Assembly: GCA_951406725.2 (NCBI GenBank)
Contig: OX597825.1
Coordinates: forward strand, 5,146,001-5,210,000
Direction of reading: 5' to 3'
From: Octopus vulgaris
Lineage: Eukaryota
DNA: 64,000 nucleotides
The notes beneath the pieces are model-generated. The model searched no databases. It worked only from the letters and a program-made list of their open reading frames with translations, and was not told the origin of the DNA. Numbering within the stretch: position 1 is the first letter of the stretch; the number at the start of each line of letters is the position of its first letter. A program made the translations under genes and the position numbers. Positions 40,083 through 51,554 of the stretch are shown here, in pieces.

Positions 40083-41114
40083 GTTGTCGAAATATTGCAA
40101 CTCATACTGATGATGAGTGAATGAGGGTTAGGTTAGCTGGGCGGCATTACGTAAGCTTGTTAAGTAGGTTCGAGTCATATGTACGGCGGCCTCGGATCAA
40201 AAGAAATATACTTATATGAACATGTGTGTCAGTTGGTCATTATATCAAGTGCTTTTGACACGTGAGCTGTCTCTTCAGCAACAAATGGTCGTCAAAAGGT
40301 TGCTGTTGTTGATGTTGTTGTTGTTGTTGCGGTTGCCATAATTGATAACGAGGATGATAATGTTGAAAATTTATATAATGATGATGACGGCGATGATACA
40401 CTTGAATGCAAGTGTGTGTGTGCTTCTGTGCGTTTGATTGTGCATGTGCGTGTATATGCGCATATCTATGTGTTCACGTGTGTTTATGCACACATGTGTC
40501 TGCCGTGTGTGTGTGTGCGTGCGTGTGTGTGTGTGTGTGTGTTTGCCTGTATTTCTGCACATGTAACGTAATGCTTTTTTTATATAAGAGATTACACGTA
40601 ACAACTTCAAGTAATTTAATACGAGTAATTATAATATACAAGCTTTTAGTTTTTCTTATTTCTAAGTGTATTAGCGATGTAGAGAAGTGGTTGCAAATGA
40701 ATTAAACCAGTTAATGGTTCACCAAGGAATCGTAGAAATACTAGAATTTCTCCAAGACAATATAGTATACAGAATACACCCTGAATTCCGCTCAAAAGAA
40801 GGAACATGTTTTCATGGCAGTTGGTGTGTCTGATGGTCAAAATATTTCAATATACTTTATATATAACTTTAATATTTTCTTTCTTCTTTGATGCTTATTT
40901 CCCACGACAAACACTTTCCATATGAAGGGTGGGCATTAATTACCAATTTAATCACACATAGGTTGACAGTAACAGGAAGACTTGACTAGATCAAACACGC
41001 GTATTTGAGTGAAATAAAAGAACATCTTGATTGCAACTATAGCGATATACTGGCCACTTTCTCTCCCTCTTAACAAAGAATTCTTTTACATTTTCTCAAT
41101 TAATTTCTTTATCC

Positions 41115-41163
<49 letters not shown>

Positions 41164-41300
41164 TATACTAGGATACTACTCTGAAGCGGTTCAGTCGATC
41201 CTGTTAACACTAGTACACATCAGGCTGATACCTATCTTATCGCTATCTATGTATCGAGCCGCTTTGTTATGGGATGTAAACAAAGAAGCACATACAGAGG

Positions 41301-41364
<64 letters not shown>

Positions 41365-41366
<2 letters not shown>

Positions 41367-41538
41367 CACTTCTATATTTAAAAGATGAGGAATTATGCAC
41401 ATTATTTACATTTGACGGATATTTGTCCTCATCTTGTTTCTTGTTAACACAACGTTTCGGCTGATATACCCTCCAGCCTTCATCAGGTATCTTGGGGAAA
41501 TTTCGAACCTGGGTTCTCAATCCTAAGGTATTTTTCGA

Positions 41539-41581
<43 letters not shown>

Positions 41582-41650
41582 TTCACTGCCTGGAATCGAA
41601 CTCGGAATCTTGGGGTTAGTAGCCCGCGCTCTTCCCCACTACGCCATATG
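41365..41650 (-). mobile_element. tRNA-headed element: Pol III A/B boxes, (AAT)n, then a body containing a minimal type I hammerhead
   Basis: Minus strand: A box TGGCGTAGTGG (41646-41636), anticodon-arm-like GGG-CTACTAA-CCC, B box GTTCGATTCC (41601-41592), (AAT)n, hammerhead at 41491-41446; the 3' end abuts (TA)n. Confidence 0.75.
41446..41491 (-). ncRNA. Minimal type I hammerhead ribozyme (Penelope-type)
   Basis: GATAC-CTGATGA-A-GGCTG-gagggtatat-CAGCC-GAA-ACGT-T-GTGTT: intact core, perfect 5 bp stem II, palindromic ACGT helix III, 5 bp stem I with two G-U pairs. Predicted cut between 41451 and 41450. Confidence 0.75.
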
Positions 41651-41950
41651 GCGGAATTCTGGTTTAAGCACCTCAAAGCTTGTTTTTATTTCGGGGAATT
41701 TTCAGAAAATTTCTGTTCTAAACACGGGAATTCATACAATTATGAGAAAGATTATTTTGTTTCAACTTCTTAAACCCCGTCCTATAAATCCTAAGATTCC
41801 TATTCTTTTTCGAATTAAAAAAAAAGCCTGGGTTTAAAAGTCCGGACAGTCCAAATATTTTGCTTTAATCCAAGAAATGGAACTCCCTTGGATGCATCAT
41901 CGCTTCATTAAGTGTTTCTGTGTGGAGAAAAATACTGAAAAAAGTCAATA

Positions 41951-42365
41951 GGCGCAGGAGTGGCTGTGTGGTAAGTAGCTTGTTTACCAACCACATGGTT
42001 CTGGGTTCAGTCCCACTGCGTGGCACCTTGGGCAAGTGTTTTCTACTATAGCCTCGGGCCGACCAAAGCCTTGTGAGTGGATTTCGTAGACGGAAACTGA
42101 AAGAAGCCCGTCGTATATATGTATATATGTATGCGTGTGTGTGTTTGTGTGTCTGTTTTTGTCCCCCTAGCATTGCTTGACAACCGATGCTGGTGTGTTT
42201 ATGTCCCTGTCACTTAGCGGTTCGGCAAAAGAGACCGATAGAATAAGTACTGGGCTTACAAAAGAATAAGTCCCGGGGTCGAGTTTCTCGATTAAAGGCG
42301 GTGCTTCAGCATGGCCGCAGTCAAATGACTGAAACAAATAAAAGAGTAATAGAGAGTAAAAGAAT
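41951..42365 (+). mobile_element. Full-length SINE family A copy
   Basis: Close match to 5827-6229; ends in AAGAGT-like short repeats. Confidence 0.9.
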
Positions 42366-42624
42366 ACATTTCAGAATGACAAAGAAACCAGGAAGATATC
42401 AGGTGATCGTGGGATGTGCTAAAACAAAAAAAAACAATAGTTAAGTCGCCCTTAAATCACAATCAGAAGTTGCTTTTTTCATAATCGTATTAATTCCCTT
42501 GTGTAGAAGACAAATTCGCAAAGCTTTTTTGAAAATTTCAAAAACTGGATAAGTAATAAGGGGTTATATAGCGTGCTTAAACGGGAATGCCGCCACATAT
42601 ATTATTATAATTATAATAATATAT

Positions 42625-42813
42625 ACAAAAATTATTATAATTATAAACATAATTATAATTAGGGTTTAGCAAAATTGCTTCACCACATATTGAAATTTAG
42701 AAATAGCAGTTAAATACTATTCTTCTACCTGCTATTTCTAAATTTCGGTATGTGGTGAAGCAATTTTGCTAAACCCTAACTATAATTATGTTTATAATTA
42801 TAATAATTTTTGT
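42625..42813. repeat. Long near-perfect inverted repeat (85 bp arms, 19 nt loop)
   Basis: Arms 42625-42709 and 42729-42813 differ at 3 positions. The right arm is the start of the 7487-family repeat. Confidence 0.9.
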
Positions 42814-42939
42814 GTAAGTTTTACCGATAATGGTTCTTTTAACATATCGAATTAATTGGTAAGATTATTAATTATATACTGATTAATTAATTTTACCCTT
42901 TATTATTATTATTATTATTATTATTATTGATATATACAA

Positions 42940-43034
<95 letters not shown>

Positions 43035-43036
43035 AA

Positions 43037-43101
43037 GGTGGTGCTCCAGCATGGCCACAGTCAAATGACTGAAACAAGTATAAGAGTAAAAGACTAAAAG
43101 A

Positions 43102-43102
<1 letters not shown>
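43037..43102 (+). mobile_element. Tail-only (5'-truncated) SINE family A insertion in (TA)n
   Basis: ggtggtgctccagcatggccacagtcaaatgactgaaacaagt with (TA)n on both sides. Confidence 0.8.
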
Positions 43103-43151
<49 letters not shown>

Positions 43152-43246
43152 GTATATATATATATGTATATATGTATGTATGTATGTGCCTGTGTGAATG
43201 TGTGTATATGAATGTATGTATGTATGCATGCATGCACGTACGTATG

Positions 43247-43280
<34 letters not shown>

Positions 43281-43955
43281 TGTATGTATGTATGTATGTA
43301 TGTATGTATGTATGTATGTATGTATGTATGTATGTATGTATGTGTGATATACTTAAATGTGAAATATGCATAAGTCTGTATTATGTACGTGTAGCCTTGG
43401 AAGTACAAACCAGGGCTTTTGTAATAGAAGCCCTTATGTTAGTACATATGTATCATGTTTATAGGTAGGAAGGTACGTATGGTGATAGCTAGGGAGGTTG
43501 GAAAGTGCAGATAACATAACAATGCGAGGAATATCTAAGACAAGGCTGACGGAATAACATGGCTGCCATATACATGCTGTTGCGTCTGTAAATGTGAAGT
43601 ATCTGTATATGGGTGCCTGTGTGTGAAACGCGAAATAAAACAAAGGAAGGACTGTAACACAAAAGATATGTATGTATAGAGATAAGTAGCTAAAATGTTC
43701 CCCGCTTTTCGTTTGACCTTACCATCTTCAGCAAACAATTGTTATTCAGATTTTTATGTCGCAAAAGGCAGCCATGTGTTTTCAGTTTCGACTTTGTTTC
43801 TCTTTTCATAAATTTTGAACTCGTTGTACATATGGTTGTTGTTTTCTGTTGTTGTTTTTTTTTTCCTTTTTCATAATTCTTTAGCCAACATCTTGAGACA
43901 AATATTGCAAACACACGTGAGTTTCAACGTGACTTGAAATCTTAGATTTCGCATG

Positions 43956-44024
<69 letters not shown>

Positions 44025-44053
44025 ATATATATATATACATATATATATATATT

Positions 44054-44126
<73 letters not shown>

Positions 44127-44132
<6 letters not shown>

Positions 44133-46148
44133 CGACGGACAAGGATTGCAAACCGCCTGAGCAAGCACACCAAAAGTGGTGAGAAGTCTCGGCTCGAAAG
44201 AATGCTAATGGAAACTGAGAAAAGTCTACATCAGTCCCATGAAAAGGAGAGAGCAGATAAAGAAGCTTGGGTAATAGAAAATATAAAATCAAACCCTAAA
44301 GCTTTCTTTAAGTTTGCCAAAGAGACACCCACAGTGCACCAGAGAATAGGACCTCTCTTCCAAAAAGATGGCTCTCTCACAGGAAATCCCACGAGGATAA
44401 GTGAAATACTGAACGAACAGTTCCAAAGTGTGTTCACTGCACCTCTAGGACACAGGCAAGTAAACAACCCAGAAGAATTCTTTGCCACTTTACCAGCGGC
44501 CAAAGAGACAAAAATTGAGTACATCAACATCGAAGAAGATGATATCACACTAGCCATTGATGAGATTGACACAAACTCAGCTGCTGGACCTGATGGATTC
44601 CCAGCGATCCTTCTCAAATCGTGCAAACGAGCCCTTGCAAAACCGCTACAGCTTCTTTTTCAGAGCTTTCTTGCAAGTGGTAAGCTCCCAGTCAAACTGA
44701 AAGAGGGGGTAATATGCCCTATCCATAAGGGAGGTAACAGAGCAGATGCTAAAAATTATAGGCCTATCTCTCTGACCTCACACATCAGCAAAGTCATGGA
44801 ACGAATAGTCCGTAAGAAACTAATCATGTTCCTTGAAGAAAATGACTTACTGTCTGACACCCAGCATGGATTTCGACCAGGTAGAGGCTGCCTAACACAG
44901 CTCCTGCAACACTATGACTGGGTGTTGAAACAGCTACTAAATGGCTCAAATGTGGATGTAATATATCTTGACTTTGCAAAAGCCTTTGATAAAGTCGACC
45001 ATGGTATGATCTGTCACAAACTGCGTGGTCTCGGCATAGGCGGGAAACTTGGAGAGTGGCTGCACAACTTCCTAAAAGACAGAAAACAGGCAGTTGTGAG
45101 CAATGGAGCCACCTCCAGGGAAACGCAAATAACAAGCGGTGTCCCACAGGGCACTGTCTTGGGGCCACTGATGTTCATAGTGGCCCTTTCAGACATGCCT
45201 TCAGTTGCTACGATGACCACCCTTGCTAGCTATGCAGATGACACAAAAGTCTCCCACGCAATACAAAACCCTGAAAATATTGCGCATCTGCAACATGAGC
45301 TGGACACAATATACAGGTGGGCTGAGGACAACAACATGCAGTTTAATGCAGGTAAGTTCCAGGCCCTGCGCTACTGGCACACAAAGGTAAATGACGTGAA
45401 GACTGGATACACTGGCCCAGGAAGAATTGCAATCCCTGAGTCAAAATCAGTGCGTGACCTGGGCATTGACATGAGCAATGATGCATCTTTCCAAATGCAT
45501 ATTGCTAATCTGGTGATAAAATGCAAACGGCTAGCTGGATGGATTCTCCGAACTTTCAGAACAAGAGAGAAGGAGACACTGATGGTCCTATGGAAAACAT
45601 TTGTCCTCAGCCGCTTGGACTACTGCTCCCAACTTTGGTCACCACACAATATAAAACAAACAGCAGAACTCGAAGCAACTCAGAGAAGCTACACAAAGAA
45701 AATCGTCTCAATGCAAAATGTCAGCTACTGGGAAAGACTGAAGGTATTAAACCTCTTCTCCCTGGAGCGGAGGCGGGAGAGATATGCAGTGATATACATC
45801 TGGAAAATCCTGGAGGGTCTTGTCCCAAACTTTGGCATTCAAAGTTACTCCAACCGCAGAACGGGGCGCCGCTGCGTGGTGCCAAGGATTCCAACATCAC
45901 CATCAAAATACAGGTCCAGATACTGCAACAGCTTGGGTTTCAGAGGACCACAGCTCTTTAACATCCTCCCTAAATGCCTGAGAGACTTACATGGTGTGGA
46001 TGTGGGTTTCTTTAAAACTAAACTGGATCTCTTCTTGTTGGGAGTCCCAGATGAACCTACCTCACGACAGGAGACACGGATGCGGGCAGCAGCATCGAAC
46101 TCCCTTGTTGATCAAGTGCCATGTATCAGAGGTGGATTCACAAACTAG
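44127..46148 (+). CDS. Reverse transcriptase ORF (673 aa) of a 5'-truncated CR1-group (CR1/Zenon-like) LINE; endonuclease domain absent
   Basis: [64 protein letters not shown] and SLERRR motifs; no stops or frameshifts. The first 58 aa of the supplied 731 aa ORF are (TA)n translation. Confidence 0.92.
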
Positions 46149-46220
46149 TGTAGCTCATTCAGCGGTGGTGCCCCAGCATGGCCGCGGCCTTCGGGCTAAA
46201 ACATTTTTAAGGATTTAAGG

Positions 46221-46224
<4 letters not shown>
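44129..46224 (+). mobile_element. 5'-truncated LINE inserted in a (TA)n microsatellite; ~75 bp 3' UTR ending in (TAAGGATT)2
   Basis: Abrupt (TA)n junctions at both ends; a short tandem-repeat tail is typical of CR1/L2-group LINEs. Confidence 0.9.
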
Positions 46225-46256
<32 letters not shown>

Positions 46257-46258
46257 AA

Positions 46259-46302
<44 letters not shown>

Positions 46303-46667
46303 GCTCGTATGCCGTTATTGCGTGTCATATTTGTAGATATACACAACTGAAAAGCTAAGCTAAGAGTTTTGCTTGGCAACCGTATGATTTTGGTTCGAAC
46401 CCTTTGCGTAATAATGCTTTACGCGTATGGCTTTAACCATTTTCAAATTTAGCAGATGCGCAAAAGCCAGTCCGTTGTGTGTGTATGTGTATGTGTGGGT
46501 GTGTATGTGGGCATACATAAAATACATATGTATGCATGTATGTATGTATGCATGCATGTATGCATGTATGTATGTATGTATGTATGTATGTATGTATGTA
46601 TGTATGTATGTATGTATGTATGTATGTATGTATGTATGCATGCCCAGTCAGCGATAAGCTGTTTTCT

Positions 46668-47620
46668 TAAATGGCAGTCAAAGCCTAAAACCACAAAAAA
46701 CATTCTTACATTAAAGCACGTTAATTCGTACGCGACCAAGACATTTGAGTGAATGAAAATTTTTACTTAACCCTATAGCCATGAGTTTCACTATTAATGA
46801 TAAAATATATCAACTAATATGATAATTAATTGATCAATTAATCATCCGTAGTTCGTCAGTAAGGCCGCTATAAAATGTATAAATACGAGACTACAATACA
46901 TACCGAAAATACAAATTAAATACGTGCGCATTCTGTTTCATGGTTATACATCAAGGGGTCACCTCAAATGCCCTCAAATCAACGTGCGTAACTAGAACAG
47001 TCTAGCAGTGAATAAATTCATATATATACTATCTGGCTGAAGAATTTAAATATTTAACTTTATAAATACAAGGGTAAAAATCATTCAATATTTTATTACT
47101 AGTGGCCAGCATGTGTAATACAAGCCAGAAGACATAGATATTTTAAAAATATAATAGTGTATGAAACATAGACGCGGAGAAAACCACCTCGTGGATTTCT
47201 TACATACTAAAAACGACAGTCAAACCCTAAAACCACGGGTTTTACAATTAAAGCACGTTAATTTGTTCTCGAGCAACACATTTGAGTGAAGAAAAATTTT
47301 AGTTAACCTTATACCCTTGAGTGTCAGTATTAATGATCAAATAAATCAATTAATATCATATTTAGTCTCATATTTATACATTTTACAGCGACCTTACTGA
47401 CGAGCTATGGACGATTAATTCATCAATTAATTATGTTATTAGTTGATTTATTTGATCGTTAATAGTGAAATTCGTGGGTATAAAATTAACTAAAATTTTT
47501 ATTCACTCAAATGTCTTGCCGGCGTACAAATTAACGTGATTTAATGTAAGAAAGTTTTTTCGTGGTTTTAGGCTTTGACTGCCATTTTTAGCATGTTAGA
47601 AATCCACGTGGTAGTTTCCT
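46668..47620. mobile_element. Tandem-plus-inverted array of a hammerhead-bearing repeat: 46668-46895 (-), 47178-47360 (-, partial), 47361-47620 (+)
   Basis: Shared 'cagtcaaa.cctaaaaccac...ttaaagcacgttaatt...acatttgagtgaa' blocks. Hammerhead cores at 46769-46866 (-) and 47390-47487 (+). Confidence 0.8.
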
Positions 47621-48561
47621 GGAAAATATTTGTGACGAGGAAGTGCTTGAAAGAGGGAAATGGTTAAGTATTGAAGCTTTGCTATTGCAGTACAGATGGA
47701 GATGGAGTGGACACAGTCTAATTTTAAGGAGATAGGTTAGACGATCACATTGACATGAGTACTTGCATGGCACTTTACTTTATCCATCACGAATTAATGA
47801 AAGGCGAAGCTGACCTCAGATGTATTTGATAGAAGAGCATAAATATTCGCAAATAATACTTCAGGTTATTTTGCCCGACTCTGCAACGATTCTGGCAGCT
47901 CACTCAAAAATATGAGAGAACAAATAGAGAATGAGATTAGGGGTTCTTTTTGTGCTCAAAGAAGAGAAATTATACAGTGCAGAATATAAAAGTTCATAAA
48001 AAAAGAGATAAAAATAAAAAATATAATAAAACAAGATCAATAAATGAATTAAATAAATAAATAAAATGATGCAAAAAATCGAAATAATAAAACTACCTGA
48101 ACGCAATTTCCAATTAGTTTCACGTTATTATATTCCTAAAGTTTATTATTGTCTTGTAATTTATAATCTACGCGTATTTATATAATTTTCATATAATTCC
48201 AGATTCATTTTATTTTTTAATATATTATACGATTATCATATTATTTTGTTTTTTCATATTTTATTTTCATTTTTAATCACTATTTATGCTGACCTGTTTT
48301 ATTTCGTGATTTAGTGAACTTCAGTGATGGTCACTTCTTTCTCCATTATCCTCTTCCCATTATTTGTGATTCTATACCCACTACCACCAGGCTATCAAAC
48401 ACATGTAGGCTGATAAAAGTAATTTTGTTGATAATGGCCCAGACGAAACTGTGTTGAATCACCATTTTGTACTCTCTCTCCTTTTAATTTGATTTAGATT
48501 ATGTGCGATAGTATCAATGATGTATATGCTGTATCACGGATTCTCCCGGAGAATTGTATGT

Positions 48562-48783
48562 TACAAGAAGGTGCTGAAAAGTTCCTGGCTTTAATGATAT
48601 CGCGAAAGGTCTGGCTGGTGACCCAACCTTCCCAGTTCTTTTACAGGGCCTAGGAAAACTGAAGGATCTCTAAAATGAGTATATGAATCTGAGAGGGGAA
48701 TACTTTGACTAAAATCATAATTAACTGATCCTCCTGTATTCTCTTTTACCCAAAGCCATAACTTTTCAGCCCCCACCATCGTA
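48562..48783 (+). mobile_element. Mariner-derived MITE with TA ends
   Basis: TIR gctgaaaagttcctggcttt / aaagccataacttttcagc; internal FLQGLGKLKDL*NEYMNLRGEYFD* resembles a mariner transposase C-terminus. Confidence 0.8.
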
Positions 48784-48794
48784 TATATGTACTT

Positions 48795-49260
48795 TTTTTA
48801 TGGAGAGCGGACGGAAGAGGAAAAATAATGCTTAAACCACGGAAGCGATTTAAGGATGTTATAAACGGTAATCTTAGAGCTTTTGAAATAAATGTGCATA
48901 ACTGGAAGCCATTGGCTGAAAATCTTGCATCCTGGACAAAGATTGTCTGGAACAGATGTGATGTCCATGTGTGAAAGGAGTGGAGCACTCTACTCTAAAG
49001 TATTGATTCCGTATACAGGACACAAGTAAGGTTCCGGCAGATGTCCAACTGGAATTGAAGCGCAATTTGTGTGGACAATTTCTCCTCTCAAGAGCTGGAT
49101 TAGTCAACTACCTAAACTCACACGAACCAGAGAGATGGTTCTGCTACTGCATCATCCGCAGCATGTTTGTGGTGGGTGCGACTTAATTTACAAGTCAGTT
49201 GTTAGCCTGATCAGGAATAGTAAAATGAGGCCACAACTCGGTAGGAGATTTCAGGAAGCA
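48795..49260 (+). mobile_element. RTE-clade LINE 3' remnant
   Basis: FYGE...KPRKRFKDVINGNLRAFEINVHNWKPLAENLASWTKIV and a decayed zinc finger NLCGQFLLSRAGLVNYLNSH. Confidence 0.75.
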
Positions 49261-49369
49261 GTTCAAGTGTTACATTGGTGATCGTCTTTGCTGAAGAGCC
49301 ACCTGCGTGAAAACAGTCGTGCAAAATTCAATGAGATAGTATATGTATGTATGTATATATGTATGTATG

Positions 49370-49401
<32 letters not shown>

Positions 49402-49503
49402 TGTATGTATGTATGTATGTATGTATGTACGTATGTATGTATGTATGTATGTATGCATGCATGCATGTATGTATATATGTATATATATATGTATGTATGC
49501 ATG

Positions 49504-49537
<34 letters not shown>

Positions 49538-49617
49538 TGTATGTATGTATGCATGCATGCATGTATGTGTGTATGTATGTATGTATGCATGCATGCATGC
49601 ATGTATGTATATATGTA

Positions 49618-49653
<36 letters not shown>

Positions 49654-49654
49654 T

Positions 49655-50125
49655 GCCATTATTCAGCTTTATTTCAAGATTTCATTCCAATAGAGAAAGA
49701 GTCGGTTTCTAACCTAGATCCAAGGCTTCTTCATTGGAATTTCAACATCAACAACAGGGTATGTATGTATTTATGTATGTATGTATGTATGTATGTATGC
49801 ACGTATGTATGTATGTATGTATGTATGTATGTATGTTTTATGTATGTATTCTCATGCATATAGTTGCATACCTAGACATGACTGTATATATTTAAGTAAT
49901 AAACTTGTGGGAAGTTTTACAGATTTTTACAGTTCCAGTGATGGATTGGATCTGTAAACCTTCGAATTAGGTTTTTCCTTTCTGGTTTTGAGAAGCCTAA
50001 TTTCTCAAGACATGTTACATATCCCAGGGCCCCAATAAATACAGGTATAAGCCTGAACTTGTAATCTGGATAAACTGTAGATTTCTCAATAGTTCAGCAT
50101 AGGTGTTCTCTTTTTCACTGATCTA
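49655..50125 (-). mobile_element. R4/Dong-like LINE 3' remnant (end of a restriction-like endonuclease plus 3' UTR, split by (ATGT)n)
   Basis: ISEKENTYAELLRNLQ / YPDYKFRLIPVFIGALGYVT / LEKLGFSKPERKNLIRR: the EK..Y..L...PV.IGALG pattern. Confidence 0.7.
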
Positions 50126-50387
50126 TAATGTATGTAGGCATGTGTGTGTGTATGTGCGTGTCTATTTGTGTGTGTATACATGTGCATGTGTGTAGGTATG
50201 TATGCATGTATGGATGTGTATGTATGTATGCATGTACGTATGTATGTACATATGTATGTAAAACTTACTTGGAAAAGGATGCGTGATGTTCGATCATATA
50301 ATAATATAAATAATATATAAATATATGCATATACACATACATATATGTAAATACCTATATATATGTGTATATATAAATGCATATATG

Positions 50388-50650
50388 GGTACAGGACATA
50401 AAAAAACGTTGAACACAATGAGAAACGAAAACAAAAACAAAAACATAGAAAACTAACTTTTTTCGAAAAACGAAAGAAACAGTGAAAAAAAGGGGTGCAA
50501 CATAAAGAACACTCCTCTTCATCAGTTGTCCCTGTTTCATCTACTCCGCGTTTTCGAAAGAAAGGACAATACGCGACTTCGTTGAAAGAGTCCTTCTGCA
50601 AAACAAATTAAATAAAATTTGGTATATTTTGCGGAGGGTGAAAGTGGTAT
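50388..50650 (-). mobile_element. Second copy of the 12430-12690 repeat family
   Basis: See 12430-12690. Confidence 0.7.
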
Positions 50651-51224
50651 CCATATTATCTCGTAGCTTTGAAATTTCGATTTATTTTTGGAATAACGTT
50701 GTAGAGGAGGTAAGAGAGGCCAGATCTGGCCAGTATAAACATAAAACAGATAGAATATTTGGTCTTGATGTGGCCGAATTAAATGCTAAAGTGTTCGTGG
50801 ACCGACTGTCACTTGAAGACTACTAAGGTGCAGGCAAGAAGAAAATTCTTGGAGAAGTGGAGAAAGGGTGAAAATGAGAGTTAGTGGTCGGTTACTGGCA
50901 ATCGCGGACTCAACTCCGCATGTGGGCTTTGCCACTCGTCCTCTTGATCTTCGAACACGAAGTCCTGCCACCATCATCATTATCATCATCATCATCATCC
51001 TCATTATCGTCGTCGTCGTCGTCATCATCTACGAAACATAAACGAGTGTGATTATATTCGCTGCATTGCAGCAAACGTGGTCATGATTTGGTAAATGTTG
51101 GGTTCGAATAAGAAGAAAACAGATCAAAGCAACAAATATGCTGTTCCTTAATCTTAAACACTATAAAGGGAATATCTAAATTCATAATCTATAAATTTGA
51201 AAATTTTACCTTGTTATGAATTAC

Positions 51225-51309
<85 letters not shown>

Positions 51310-51554
51310 TGCTTTTTTATTGCTTACCTTATGGGAAAAGATTCAGAATAAGCTAAGCTAGGTGAGGTCACTCCATTTCAAATTAAACTCATGAGAATAT
51401 TTGAACTCGTTATCGTAGCTAGCATAAGTGATTCTACGGCAAATGCACACGAAATAGAGATTGGGCGTAGGCATAGCTATGCAGTTAAGAAACTCGCTTT
51501 GCATTCACATGTTTTGGGGTTCAGTTTCGTTGCATGGTACTTGGGCAAGTAACG

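Noticed and set aside
43953-44126. N-terminal 58 aa of the 731 aa ORF
   Set aside because: It is the (TA)n target tract, not part of the LINE protein.
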